Positions 40,729 through 56,496 are shown, counted from the stretch's first letter. The stretch is DNA of 64,000 nucleotides from the human T2T-CHM13v2.0 reference genome, Homo sapiens (GCF_009914755.1 NC_060944.1), one strand, 5' to 3'. Made by a program: numbers and translations. Notes: generated from the sequence alone by a model not told the origin.

Positions 40729-41741
40729 AGAAAATATTTGCAAAAGACACATCTGATAATGGACTATTATCCAAAATATACCAAGAACTCCTGAAACTCA
40801 ACAATATCAACAATAAGCTGCTCCGCATCCTCCGTCACCAGGGAGATGCAAATTAAAACAAGATGCACACACCTACTAGAGCGGCCAAAACCCAGAACAC
40901 GGACAGCACCGAACGCTGGCGAGGATGTGAAGAAACAGGACCCTCAGCCGTGGCTGCTGGGAAGGCAACATGGCGCGGCTGCTGGAAGACAGTCTGGCGG
41001 TTTCTTACAAAACTAAACGTGCTCTTACCACACGGTCCAGCAATCGTGCTCCTTGGTATTTACCCAAAGGGGCTGAAAATTTATGTCCACACGAAATCCT
41101 GCGCACAGATGTTTATACCAGCTTTCTTCATAATTGCCAAAACTTGCAAGCAGCCACGATGTGCTTCAGTAGGTGAGTGGATAAAATAAACTGTGGCACA
41201 GCCACACACTGGAATAGTGCTCAGTGCTGAAAAGAAATGAGCCATCAAGCCATGAAAAAACACGGAGGAACCTCAGGTGGATATTCCTAAATGAGAGAAG
41301 CCAGTTTGAGAAGGCTGCATAATTTCAACCACATGATATTCTGGAAAAGGCGAAACTAGGAGACAATAAGATCCGTGGACCAGGGACTGACAGGAGGGGA
41401 GGGATGAACGGGCAGAGCACAGAGGAATTCAGGGCTGTGGAACGACTCCACATGATACGGTACTGGTGGAAACACGTCATTCTACAGCTGTCAAAACCCA
41501 CAGAATGTACACACCAAGAGTGCACCCTGATGGGAACTATGGAAGCTGGGTGAGAAGGACGTGTTGACGTGGGTTCATGGATTCTAACAAACGCACCACC
41601 CGGCCAAGCGGGGGAGGCTGTGCACCTGCAGGGAGGAGGGTATGGGAAGTCTCTGTACTAAAAAAGTCCCCTCCTTTTTCCGTGAACCTAAAACTGCTCT
41701 AAAAAATAGTTTATTAATTTATTTAAAGTTAAATTAAGGGA
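40729..41741 (+). mobile_element. L1MB-type 3' fragment nested in older L1MC-like sequence
   Basis: L1 3' motifs (gtcaaaacccacagaatgtac, gtgaacctaaaactgctctaaaaaat); TSD-like aagaatcgaataagg / aaaaatcaaataagg. Confidence 0.75.
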
Positions 41742-42799
41742 AAAAATCAAATAAGGTCTTCAATGAACAGTATCATACCCACGTTTAACATGAGGCTAAA
41801 CTGGGTGAGGGGTAGATGGAAACTCTCTGTACTATTTCTGTAACTTTCCTGTAAGTATAGAATTCAAAAGTAAAAGTTAAAAAAAGAAGACTTACCCTTA
41901 AGAGGTATCCTACAAGAAGAAAAGAATGACTGAGCATCATCTTTGATGAAGAAAGGTGTCTGAAGGACTTTTACTTTCTGGGTTTTGTGTGAATTGTTAC
42001 ACAGATAACACACAAAGATCCCCAAAGTTCACAAAAGGCAAGCGAAACAACTGCGAAACAACTGCTCCCCAAACAGACGCCGGCGCCAATCTTCACCCAC
42101 TCGGCAGTGCCTCACCTGGGTCCTCCAGGTCCGGCGTTCTCGATACTCCACGTACCTCCCAGCCCCACACCCCGGCCCTTCTCATGAGTGAGGACGCACG
42201 AGCTCCCTTACTCTTCCCTAGAGGCTACTCCACACACGTTAACACTCACATCCAAAGTTCATCAATGTGCCTTTCCCATCCAATCCTCCCTCCTGGCGCC
42301 GCGACCCCAGCAGGTAAAATGGTTGGGAAGCTGGTTACACGGAAGAAAAAAACAAATACACTGAATGATGGGAACCAGGTTCCTCACTGTCTGAGAAGGG
42401 ACCAATAGACAAGGATGGGGGCGGCTAAACGGAAGCCCTGGCGTGCTAGGCAAGGACCGTAGTCTCAACACGAACACACAGGACCCCTTCGACATGGAAG
42501 GGCGCACACCACACACTCCCCTACATGCATTTGGGTCCCGAGCTCTGGCTGCTGGCACGGCCTGGGAGCAGGGGCCCCAGCAATCAGCACACCAAGTGCC
42601 CCGATCCTGGCCTCTCAACACCAGACTCTACTAGAGGAACCAGGGGAAGCTGCAGAGTGGGCAGGGAAAGTGCACGTGGCAATAAGGAATGCCACAGACG
42701 AGGGAAGTGTCAAAGGATACAGACTCCAGCCACAAGAAGCTCCCACCAAGCAAGCCTAGAAATAATGAGAGTGCTGATCAGAGCCCACCAAACACAACA

Positions 42800-43128
42800 G
42801 GGGTCCCGGCACCCACAGCACTGCAGTGAGTGAGTGAATGAGGGATCCCGGCACCCACAGCACTGCAGTGAGTGAGTGAATGAGGGATCCCGGCACCCAC
42901 AGCACTGCAGTGAGTGAGTGAATGAGGGATCCCGGCACCCACAGCACTGCAGTGAGTGAGTGAATGAGGGATCCCGGCACCCACAGCACTGCAGTGAGTG
43001 AGTGAATGAGGGATCCCGGCACCCACAGCACTGCAGTGAGTGAGTGAATGAGGGATCCCGGCACCCACAGCACTGCAGTGAGTGAGTGAATGAGGGACCC
43101 TGGCATCCACAGCACTGCAGTGAGTGAA
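42800..43128. repeat. 42-bp minisatellite (~8 copies)
   Basis: gggatcccggcacccacagcactgcagtgagtgagtgaatga. Confidence 0.96.
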
Positions 43129-44472
43129 CGAATCCATGAGCGAACGAATAAACCAACGAGGAGGGGCGAAGCTCTGCTTCCCAGCAGAGGGCAACCAGCA
43201 GTAACAGAAGGGGTGCCTGAAGCATCCCCACGACTGAGCAGCCCCAGGGGTGGCGACACAGGCAGGCGGTTAATAACATTGAGGCTGTGGGTGGAGGTGC
43301 GATAAGGGTGGGGCATCTGTGTGAGGTGGGAACGTGTGAAATGCTAACACGGCCATGGGAATCGGCCACGACGCTGTGGAGAAACACAGCCCACAGCAAG
43401 TGCTATGCTGGGGGTGGTAGCATCAGTGCTAAGCACCTGACCAGGAGGGCTGCCTAGTAGCCACCTAAGGTATCAGCCGCACGAGCATTTAGGGTGCTGG
43501 GTATCGTGTCAGAACAAGGATTAAAGTGTACATATTGAAAAAGTACAGGAGTGCACGCAAACACATGTGGTGTAGCGGGGACGAAGCAGACAGCGTGATG
43601 CTCATACACCGGAGTCTGCACGGAGCTCCTTACTCTGTTCTTGCAACTTTTCTGTAGATTTGAAAACTACTTCAAACTAAAATAAGTAATTTTCAAAGTT
43701 AATGTATTCTGGAAGACGATGACAGGGGTAGCATAGTTTCTGGATCTTCCCAAAGTTCCACATAAAAGAGCAACGACACAGCAAAACCAAAAGCCAGCGG
43801 ACAATCTTTAGAACAAAACTGATGAAGATGAACCACAAGCAGCCATCACCTGAAGGACGCTGCAGAACTGGACCCCGACGGGCCTGGACCCAGGAGCCAG
43901 CAGACTTCCTGGGAAGAGCAGCAGGTCCCTCCAAGAGCCGCAGTCAAACCTGGGGCAGGGGAGGACCAGGGAGGGCAGCCTGGCCACCGCAAATGCCCAC
44001 ACTGACCTGCCAGGGCTCCTGCAGCACAGGGCCTCACGCAGGAGAGAACCTGCTGGGAGTGAATCAGTACTGAGCAGGACAGGGACAAGGAAGGCAAAGC
44101 AAAGTCCAGATGCTTGGGAGGTGCACAGAGCCCCGGAGCCACAGACGCTGAGGACTCCCGTTCTTAACATCACGGGAAAGTAACCACAGAGGAGCACCAC
44201 AAAGTCAGCAAACGCTGCAAACCACGTGTCCTGTTACAAGTTCGAGAAACCTAAACTCACGTCGAAATTAGCAACAGAAAGACATTCAGGTCAAATCCCA
44301 GACAGGCTCCCATGAGAGAAAAAGAGGATAAAAAGCAGAAGAGCATCCCTACAGACCACAGAAGACCTCAGAAACACATACTCAAAACAGCAGGTAAACA
44401 GCAAATCACGCCTTAAGAGAAATGGAAGCCAAAAAGGACAAAAAAGATAATTTTTTAAAAAAGAGAAAAATT

Positions 44473-44977
<505 letters not shown>

Positions 44978-47078
44978 TTAAGAGACTGTAAAAAGTGCTC
45001 CAGCAGGCAAAGAAGATACAACACGTGGAAAATGGGACTCTCTGAAGAAAGAAACAAAAGAACAGAACAAACACAAAGGATCATTATTGCAGATGTTCCT
45101 AAGGAGACTTGAACCGCACTGAAAGAACACAGCCAGTACTGAGAACACCACCCCAGCACAACCAAGCCCAGCACGCACTCCAGTGGGATGAGCCGGCTTC
45201 CGAGAAAAAGGACACCCAGGGAAGAAAAACACGTGGCCTACAGGAGGTAAAATGAGGCTCTCATTAGATTTGGACAGTAACACTTTAGGGAGGAAATAAT
45301 CCAGAGTAACATCCTTAAGACACTTCAGTAAATACAACGTGAGCCAAAAAACAGACCTTCAGGTACAAAGGGCACAAACTCATCAGCAGGTGGGAACTTG
45401 GGAGTGGCTGCTCCCATGAAGCGTTCCAAAAGAATCTAGCAGAGAATGAGATTTGGAAAAATCAAAATGACTACAGAGACACAACATAAAGACGAGTCAC
45501 GGCATTAAACATGTCATTATTTATGGCACTAAAACTCAAAGAGGGCGAAAGGGAGAGCTTATGGTGTGTAACAGCTAAATGTTTCGACAACATAAATACA
45601 GCACAAAATACAAAACGGGGCCAAGGGAGAAAGCACATGAACAACTTTCGGCTGTTTTCACCACCCTCGGCAGGAGTGCCCATATTCTTATTCTCAGGCT
45701 ATGTCCAAAGGTAGGAGATATTTTAATTCTATTATCTCCTATGTCCATAACCAGGATCCTTTTATTTTAATCTCTCCTTCTCCTGCCCTCCCCTCCAATT
45801 CCCCACCCCCCAAGCCCTTGGGGCAGCCAAGAGCCAGAATTCTTACTGTGAAGATAAAGACGTCATTTTGAACATGGTAACTCCTACACCTCTGAATTTG
45901 AACTACCTGAATTGGAAATACCCATATAAGCCCATGAGACCATGTTTTACACACATTTCCCAGTGCTGTCCACTGAAAAGGCCAACCCACCCCAGCAGCA
46001 ATGACATCCCTAGTCCCAGCGAGTGGTCTTCAAACGCCATTTCCCACTAGAAGAAACCAGTTCTTGGAGAAATGACTTTTTCGGTCTGAAACAGGAAAGG
46101 TGTAAGGTGAGCCTGACACATGTTAACGTCCAGACGGCAAGGACATCAGCCCCACGTCCCAGCGTGACTCAGGAACCAACCTGGAGATGCTTCCATTGGC
46201 CAAAGATGGCACAGTCTGAACTGCAACCAAAATGAGAACTGTAATAGATGGATTATGTGCAAGTCCTTGAGATCACAACGGTAAAAAATAAAAACAACAC
46301 ACTAAAACGTAAAACTACTGGTCACCCTCTGAGGGTGACAACCTGTTGATCCATTATCTTCACCTGGATATATGGAAGAAAACATGCTCGCGTTTACCCT
46401 GCGTCTCCTCTATGAGCTGGACCCACCAAGCGGCCAAACAGTAGTGGAGGAAGAGTCTCCAAAAGAACACCCCAAAGAGGAAGTGAGAAGGAACTCACAG
46501 ACTAAGAGCACCGCCATCTCCAACCTCAAGGGACTAGTGGCCCTAGGCATGAAGCATGACCAGCCACCGTCCCCGGGGCGCACAGCCCAGACCCGTGTCC
46601 TCGCAATGAGGGGACACAAGAGCAGCCAGCGTCCTGCCGCAGGGAGGCAGCCAGAGTTGGAGGAGTCTCTGGGTCCAGCCACCAACGCGCAGGAAGTTCA
46701 GAGGAGGGAGGAACAGGCAGAACTGCACCACAAGGGCACCGCCAGCAATCCTGACGCAGGACACACCCCAGGCCAAACGACCTGGTCCTTCAACCGACAA
46801 GTTGTAAGAAAAAGAAAGTGATGGAGGGGTGGGAGGGCCCTACAGATTTTTAAAAATGTTAAATTCTGGTTTCCTTTTAAGTCAAGTTTAATGGGAAAGG
46901 ACGGCAAGGCTAACCAGTGTCTCGCTGCACAACTGGGGACTGGCAGGTCCTGGCGTTTCTTCCTGGCTTTGCCATAAAGTCAGGGCAGCAGTTACTTTTG
47001 GAGGGAGGTAAAAGCAGCTGTGATGTGGTGGGGCACATAAAAGGGTGGGGGATCTCCCAGGTGACTGGCATGTTCTAG

Positions 47079-47364
<286 letters not shown>

Positions 47365-48919
47365 ACGTTCTAGTTCTCGAACTGATGATGGGCTACAAAA
47401 TCTATGCCTTTGAGAATTCAGTTAACCATAAAAGAAATCCAGGAAAAAAAAAAAAGGCTAATCAATATCTTTCACCTCCCCCACAAAAAAGTAAGTCCTT
47501 AACTCTAAGTGCTCTTCTCGATATATGTTGTTGTTGTTCAGAATTTCAGTTCTTTCTTGGTATACAACTACATTTTCAGCGTGGGCTGCGGGCCTCACAG
47601 CCAGTGGGCACTCAGGCCTAGGCCCAGGTGAGTGCAGGTTCCTGCTGGGGCCCATCCCGGGCCAAGACTCCCAGCCACACAGTGGCCAGAGCCCGTGTTA
47701 GCCTTGGGAATCTGTACTTACTTACTTATTTCTGGCCCAGAGAAGAATCCCCCTATTTTATCTATATCTCACACACGCATTTATAAAGACAAGATCTTTA
47801 TTTTCTTCCTACATTGTACCAGACATTTTAACCTGTACTGTCCCAGGAGGGATTTCTCTGAACCTCTGGGATGCCATATTGCCAAAACTCTAGTGTCTGT
47901 TACACCTGGAGTCCCTCCTCTCCACACCAGGCAGCCATTTCTCAGAGGTCACTGCTAGCATGTGGGCAGGCGAGCCCCAGCACGGAGGTCTGGGACATCC
48001 CACCCACACATTTCCAACAGTCCTGGTGGGGAGGGGGAGCTCTGTCCTCATCAGGTCACTACCCTGACCCTGTCCCAGAGTGCACCTGCATACCAAGAAG
48101 CGGTGCAAGACCAGCCAATGTGCATCAGACAGCAGCTGCCACGGGGCTGAGAGCGAAACAGAGAAGTCAGGGGTCGGGCAGAGTAGAGGGCAGTCCAGAA
48201 GCATGGGAGTCCAGCCTGCCCGAGTAACAAGACCTTTCCTTGTACGTAAGGATCACACCCTAGAGTAAGACCTACCTTAGCAAAGCCTAAAGCCAAACCC
48301 AGACAGGAAAGACAGAGTTTGCAACTTGAGTCCCACTAAGTTAAAGGGGCTTGAGAAACACCTTGAGGTTTCCCCAGATCCTTACTGACAAAATGAAAAA
48401 CAAAACCACACAAACTCAAGATGGTCAGCCAGTAACTCAACCGCCTGCAAGAATCAACTCTTCAAGGGAGATCACAGAGTCCAGTCTCTTGGCAGGTAAG
48501 CATGAGACATGCAAGGAGACAAGAAAGTGTGCAAGGCCGAGGAAAACAGCAGTCGAGAGAAACTGAATGTGAGATGGCCCAGGTGTTGAACTTGACAAAA
48601 ACCTTATAAAACAGCTTTAATAATAAGCTCAAAGAATTAGGGGAAATATAAACTGTAAAAAAGAACTAGATGGAAATCTTAGAATTGCAAAATAAGTTAA
48701 CAAAATGGAAACTTCAACTGGAGATGGCAGAAATCCATCTGCCAAGGACCTCGTAGACACATCAGTAGACATCTTCCAGTCTGGAAAACAAAGAGAAGAC
48801 AGACTGAAGTCCAGGAACACAGGCTCAAAGACCTGCAGGGCAGCATCAACAGGTCTAACATACATGTAACTGGAGCCCCAGCAGAAGAAAGTAAGATTGA
48901 AATGGAAAAAAAAATTTGA

Positions 48920-49238
<319 letters not shown>

Positions 49239-49509
49239 AGAAGTATTAGCCAAAATGTTCCAAATTTGATGAAAGACACTGACCTACAGATCTGTGAAGT
49301 TCAGAGAACCTGAAACAGGCTGAATATCCTGAGAACCACAGCAAAACACAACACAGACAAACCTCTAAACTGAATATCCAGAGAACCACAGCAAAACACA
49401 ACACAGACAAACCTCTAAAAAATAAAGAACATCTCAAAACAAAGATTGAAAGTCATGCCAGAGACATGAAGCATACCACGTACAGGGAACAAGCTTAAAA
49501 ATTATAGCA

Positions 49510-49730
49510 GGACCAGCCCATGCTACATGGTGAGACCCTGTCTCTACGAAAAAAAAAGAAACTACAAAATTAGCCAGGCATGGTGGCACGCACCTGTAGT
49601 CCCAGCTACTCGGGAAGCTGAGGCAGGAGGATCACCTGAGCCCGGGGATGTCGAGGCTACAGTGAGCCATGATCGTACCACTGCACTCCAGCCTAGGTGA
49701 CACAGTGAGACCCTGCGTCTAAAAAAATTA
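49510..49730 (+). mobile_element. Partial AluJ
   Basis: Truncated Alu, flanks aaaattatagcaggac/aaaattacagcaggac. Confidence 0.8.
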
Positions 49731-49855
49731 AAAATTAAAAATTACAGCAGGACATCAGAAGACAGTGGAACAAGGTCTTGAAAGTTTCGCAAGAAAGAAA
49801 AAATCAGCCCAGAATTTTGTAACCAGTAAAAATATCCTCTGAAAATGAGGGTGAA

Positions 49856-50431
<576 letters not shown>

Positions 50432-50886
50432 CTAAAAGATACAACCACAAACATAGACGAGAAACTAATGGAATTTGGAGAAACAGCAGCGGGCAGCAAT
50501 TCTTCCCCTTCATTCCACGAACTGTCCATTCTCCTACAGCAGCTTATCCCACAGACACTGTGCAGGAAGCACAATCAGCAAGATCCCTATTCGGATCATT
50601 CTTCTGACAGTTATAACTTCCCCACATCCTTTTCAAATCCAGCCTAAACCTCATCACAGTAATCAAACTTCCTCACGAAAAAGACTTTCAGCTCAAGTGA
50701 TAGCCACAAATAAGCTGATTTGGATTTAAAATGTCAAACGTAAAACAAATACTCCAGAAAAGGTGAGACAAAATGTAAATGGTAAGAAAGCAAATTCCCC
50801 TATGTGTGTCCGTCCCCTAGAAGAGGGTGGCTCTAAGATGTTCCCCATGTTTCCCCCAGGACCTCGATCCCACAACACTGCCGTAC

Positions 50887-51006
50887 CTCTGCTCCTGAGC
50901 CCGGCCCCGGACAGTCCACTTTCCTCTTTTTCCTGGGCCCGATCGCTGCTAGTGCTGTGAGGTTGGCGTCCCGCTGTCTCATTTGTGCCAGTTCCTGTTG
51001 CTGCAT
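50887..51006 (-). CDS. TAF4: TAF4 exon 14 (MQQQELAQMRQRDANLTALAAIGPRKKRKVDCPGPGSGAE)
   Basis: 120 bp, AAG acceptor and GTACG donor; conserved RDANLTALAAIGPRKKR, including an NLS-like PRKKRK. Confidence 0.97.
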
Positions 51007-51472
51007 CTTTTATTTTGAAAAGGAGACAAGGAGCATCATTTCTTGCATGTTTTTTACTTACTACAAAAGTAATACATAGATATGAAAGGGTTTTCTGTAG
51101 TTTTCTAAATCATAACTTCTTTAATGTTTTGACTTTCTCAATAGTAAGCATATTCTATAATCCAAAAAATAAGATTTTTTTTAATGCAACAGATGTTTGT
51201 CTTAAAACTCTCAGAAAATATACGCAAGTCAAAAGCACAGAGACTAATGCCCCCCGCAAAGGGAAGTCACCGTTGAATTTAAAAGTAGGACACCAACTGT
51301 TTGCACAGGAAAATACCTCTGATGTTGTATTTATTTAAACTTGGCAAACATTTTAAACAGACACGCAAATGCCTATCGTACAGAAGTGCCACGGTTTCCT
51401 TAGCCCCCCTCCCGTGGGGCGCTACAGTGCACAGCAAAGTGCCCACGAGCACTCACGACTAACAGGGCTCAC

Positions 51473-51529
51473 CTCCTTTGCCTTCTGTTTCAGCCTTAAC
51501 TGTTCTGGATCTTCTTGTCTTGACCGAGA
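51473..51529 (-). CDS. TAF4: TAF4 exon 13 (SRSRQEDPEQLRLKQKAKE)
   Basis: 57 bp, TAG acceptor and GTGAG donor. Confidence 0.96.
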
Positions 51530-52319
51530 CTATTTTTGAAAGAGGCAGAAAAGAAAAGTAAGTTATGAACTAAATGTTTATCATTTAACAAATGTGTTAT
51601 CTTATTTACTATACAATAACATCTAGGTAATGTTAAAGAATGCATAGCAAATTTGTGAAATGCTTATAGCCAAAGATGAAAATTTACATCACACACCATG
51701 AAAAAAGCCAGTAATCTTGAGAAAAGTCAGTAACATTTGGATGTAAGATACAGTCTTTGAAACACATCTACCAATCGCAGGCTCTGACTTGACCTGATGT
51801 GACCGCATGATGGCAGGCAGAATGGGCCTCATAGGCTCCTTGCTGTCCTGTCCCACACACCAGGGACGGGACAGCCTGTGGCTGTGATCAAAGCAAGTGC
51901 TCCTCCCACTCCACAGTACCCACCCCCGTCCCTGGGGAACTGTGGTCTCCTGTCTGATTCTATTAATGAGCAGTGCCTCGCCTGGCTGTGAATGTTCTAG
52001 AACAAGGACAACGTGAGTGTGAAGAGTCCAGTCCAGCGCACACAGGGGGCTCTAGGAACATGTGCTTCACACCTGGGTGTGACTGTGTGGAGCGTGAGGT
52101 GCTGGGAATCTTAAGAAGCCCCGCTTTTCAAGCATCTACGCTAGTGCCAAATGAATGAGGCTTCTCTTTGCAGCTCCACTGACAGCACCCATCACCTTTG
52201 CTTCAAGGCCAGCCCAAAACATGCTCTGACCACCCAAAACCCCACTGTCTCAGTGAGCTCATCAGGTTGTGGCTGAGACGGAGGTGCCCAGACGGCAGCA
52301 GCAGACACCCAGCACTCGC

Positions 52320-52445
52320 CTTTGCTGCCCTCATCAGGATCTCCCGCTCCTGCTCATCCTTCCTCTGCTTTTCGATTTGATCAAGCTGTTCAAAAAACTT
52401 GAGCTGTGCCCGGACGTCACTCGCCTGCTCATATCTGTCGTCATC
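52320..52445 (-). CDS. TAF4: TAF4 exon 12 (DDDRYEQASDVRAQLKFFEQLDQIEKQRKDEQEREILMRAAK), GC donor
   Basis: 126 bp, TAG acceptor; donor reads AAG|GCGAGT. Confidence 0.95.
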
Positions 52446-52954
52446 CTATGAAGAAAGTTAAAATACTGCTTGTCATAAATCTGAGAGCCCAGCAAGCAAA
52501 GGGGTTGTCTAGCACCACTGGACCATCCGTGCACAACGCCCTCCCTCCGTCCAGTCTGAATGCGGCGAGGACCCGATCCCTCCCACCCTGCAAATGCTGC
52601 GCCCGAGAGCTCTATCGATGCTCACGTCCACAGAACGAAGTCTCGTGTTGGCTGTCTCAGGGGCACACTTGTGGGAGAGTGTCCCTTTTATACACTTTGA
52701 TGCTGTCAGATTTCTTAAAGTAACATTTACCTTTTTTGCTGCAACACAGAACTACTTTTACAGCAAGGGCTAAGTGTGTTTATTTCAGTGCTGCCCTGAA
52801 GGCACTGCCTCCCGGCTGTGGCAGCAGGCACCACCTCACCCAGTGTGCCCTTGGAAGAGTGTTCATATGTGACTGCTGGTGAGGAAGGCACGTTTTACTT
52901 GGAAGAGCTGCTTCATGAGAATAGGGCTGCGGCACCTCAGGGTCTGCCAGTTCA

Positions 52955-53306
<352 letters not shown>

Positions 53307-53460
53307 CTAGTCCTATAAGAAATCCAAAACACGTTCGTAAGGAACATGGAGGCACTTGGGACCCACCGCCCTCTGCCTCGGTGTGGGGAGGAGGCTCCCA
53401 GCCAGCAGAGAGTGGGGGCCAACAACATAAAGACGCTCTCCTCGGCAAACAGCCTGTTAC

Positions 53461-53591
53461 CTTGTAAGAAAAGTTCTTCTGCTGAGCTGTTTCTGATATT
53501 TTCTCTACAAGATTCTGTAGCCTTTGTTGCGTGGCATGTGATACATAACTTACTACATCTGGATGTAATTCCGTTATACCATGTTTTTTAC
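53461..53591 (-). CDS. TAF4: TAF4 exon 11, histone fold (GKKHGITELHPDVVSYVSHATQQRLQNLVEKISETAQQKNFSYK)
   Basis: 131 bp, TAG acceptor and GTAAC donor; frame continuous. Confidence 0.97.
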
Positions 53592-53888
53592 CTAAAGGTC
53601 AGGCAAGAAAAACAGTATTTTAAAATCATTAAGCACAGTTCTTTCTTTACGGCTAATCTCTGATCCAGCAGTTACTGCTTTTATACAACCCAAGGGGAGC
53701 CCAGAAAGGCTGGTGGGGTGGAAGGCAGTGGTACCCATATTTTACCCAAGAACCACCACCAGCAACCATGTGGAAATCACAAACTCAGACAAAACACATG
53801 ACCAGGTGTCAGGTGTGCTCACCTGAAGCTCCCATGCCCCAGCAGCGCAGCTGTTTAATAAGAACTCAGTCATTAAACACCAACGTAC

Positions 53889-54058
53889 CTATTTCTAATA
53901 TTCTTCTCTGCAAAGGCGCTTGGAGGAGGAAGGTTTCATCTTTACAGGACCGCGTTAGCGTGCCCACCAATTCAGAGTTCGTGGCTAATATTCTTGCACT
54001 TTCTTCTGACAAGTTTACTCCAGCCATCGATGCAACATCATTAATGTCATCATCGTCC
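53889..54058 (-). CDS. TAF4: TAF4 exon 10 (DDDDINDVASMAGVNLSEE...QRRILEI), start of histone-fold region
   Basis: 170 bp, AAG acceptor and GTACG donor; TAF4-family DINDV..MAGVNL.EE motif. Confidence 0.97.
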
Positions 54059-55837
54059 CTTGAGGAAAGAAGGGAAGATCACTTTAACTGTACAAGGAAT
54101 TCATCGGGAGGTGGGCTGGGGTGGTAAGGGCAGGAAACCCCACGTGGAAGGCAGGGCCGTGAGGAGGCCAGGCCTCTGTCCTCCCCGCACCTGCACCTGC
54201 TGCATCTGCCACAGCAGAGAGGGTGCCTCGCTGCTTTCCTGGAAAGCTCGATTGTTCTGCGGAAGGAGAGCTGTGAGTTGGCGCCGGGTTAACATCTACA
54301 CACAGATGCGCAGGGGACTCAAGTCCAGAGAAAGCAAAGCCGGGAGCAGCGCGGGGACTTGTGGGGGTCTGATCTATGCAAAGCTTTTTAAAGCCAGAGG
54401 CAGCATTAAATTCTTTTTAAAGGCTCAGAAGTTGGAAGAAGAGTACGCACAATTTTTTCCTGAATCACCTGAAAGTTGCTAACCTGACTTTCCTCCACCC
54501 GGAACATTCTGCACGTGTTTCCTACAGACAAGGGCATCCCCTCCAGAAGCAGGATGCCATTGAGACCGGGCCATGATGAATGGCCCCTCCCCAGGCCCTC
54601 CCCCGTAGGACCCGGTCCCAGCAGCGCCTCTCCCTGCAGGACAGTCTGCATCCCAATCCCAGCTGCCACGTCTTGTCCGGCTCCTCAAGCTGGAAGGTTC
54701 CTCAGCCTCTCCTGACTCCTGGGCTGCCCCTGACACCTGGAAGGCACAGGCCAGCTGTGTGCAGGACGTCCTCTTCCAGGCTGACTTCGGCCCCCTCGTG
54801 AGGAGATGTGAGCTAAGAGTCCTGCCGGGAATTCCACATGCACGCAGCCTCCACTTGCCGCCTCCAGCAGTGGGCTTTGAACGTGAGGCCGGGGGCCTGC
54901 CTGGCGTCTCCTGGGGTCGTTGTGTCTCGGGGAAGAGCTCTACAGCAGTTCTCATGCCCAGTCCTCCTATGGGCTCCAGGTGCTCACTCAGGGTCTTGGC
55001 ATCCCTGGTGGTCACGGGCTGTGGCTGGGCTGCACAGCTTAGGGCTCCAGCTGAAGGACCCGGCCATGGGAGGGAGGCTGCTCTGCTGACATCCACGTCC
55101 ACGTCATGCCCATGTCCACTGCTCTCTGACACAGGACGGTCTCCGCTCATCTTGTATTTCCTTATCCCAGTCCCGCAATCAGCCTTTTCTCTCAGGAGTC
55201 CTTGTCATTTTAGTGGAAAACGGTTTTTAGAAGACAACATCTGAACACTAGGTGTGCTCAGTGTTACTGGGGCGTTACTGTTCCCAGGACCCTGCGGTGA
55301 ACAAAGCTAGAAACTTACGGCAAGACCCATGGTTATCCATGCCTGCCGACACACTGAAACCCAGGGGTTTGCGTCAGCATTCCAATCCTGAGCCAGCCCA
55401 CAGGGGTCACTCTCCTTTATCCCTTCTGCCAGGCCGCTGACTCCTTGACAGCAAAATACCAAGGCTTCCTGCAGCCTTGATTAATTCTTTCACCCGTGTA
55501 TGTCCCTAAGTGCCCTCCCTTCTCACTGAAGTATCAGCGTCACGCTGGGCCCAGGCATGCTGGCCACCTCTCCCTGCTTGGGCTGGGACTCTGGCTCAGG
55601 CCACAGCCACTCCCCAGGCCTGCTATGCCCTGCCTGATGCCTTTAGGGATGAAGTGTCTGGGAAAGGGAAAATTCACAGTAAGACTTCCTGAAATACACA
55701 CAACTCCACCGCCCCTTGATCACAACAGAGATCACTCCAAGACTCTCCCACTGCTCAGGTCCCATAAGCACCTCCCTGACTGAGGTGATGCTCAGACCAC
55801 CTGCTTTCCAGGAGGCCCAGGCAAAGCACAGCAGTTA

Positions 55838-56129
55838 TTTTTCTAGAAACAGGGCCTCACTCTGTCACCGACGCTGGCGTACACTGCTAAAACCATAGCT
55901 CACTGTAACACTGAACTCCTGGGCAGAAGTGATCCTCCTGCCTCAGCCTCCCAAGTAGCTAGGCCCACAGGCACACACCACCAAGCCTGGCTAATTTTTT
56001 ATTTTTTGTTGTTGTTGAGTAAGGTTTTACTATGTTGTGCAGGCTGGTCTCAAACTCCCGGGCTCAAGCGATTCTCCCACTTCAGCCTCCTGTAGTGCTG
56101 GCACTGTAAGCGTGAGCCACTACGCCTGG
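55838..56129 (-). mobile_element. AluJ (intron 9)
   Basis: Antisense diverged dimer. Confidence 0.88.
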
Positions 56130-56496
56130 AGCAGTACAGCATTTCTGAGGGTTCTGAAGTTGAATACATGGAAAGTGAAGCATTCTATACTAGGAATGCA
56201 ATGAACTCAAAATACGATGTTATACTAAAAAATGAATTTCCTATTAGTTCATATAAAAATAATCAGTTGATTCGCTTTCTGGCTATGTGTATGAAGCAAA
56301 ACCTCTTTGAGCCAACTGTATGGGAAAACACACTTGTGTGAACGTGAGGTCAAAGTGAGCGTGAAGCAGGAGCCTTGGAGCCCCGGCCGCCAGGGCCACG
56401 TGGGAAAGACCCGTGGGCGGGAATGGAGCAGCACGGACTCTGGACTCTTCTCCGCTCTGGCCACGCTTCTCCAACGTACACAGGCCCATTCCTTAC

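Noticed and set aside
42710-43399. Cys-rich ORF (SFTHSLQCCGCRDP)n resembling keratin-associated or metallothionein proteins; repeated GTGAGT
   Set aside because: Arises from a 42-bp VNTR; the GTGAGT donor-like motifs are antisense to TAF4
54479-55244. 223-aa and 161-aa ORFs in intron 9
   Set aside because: Exons 9 and 10 join in frame without them; no similarity to a known protein
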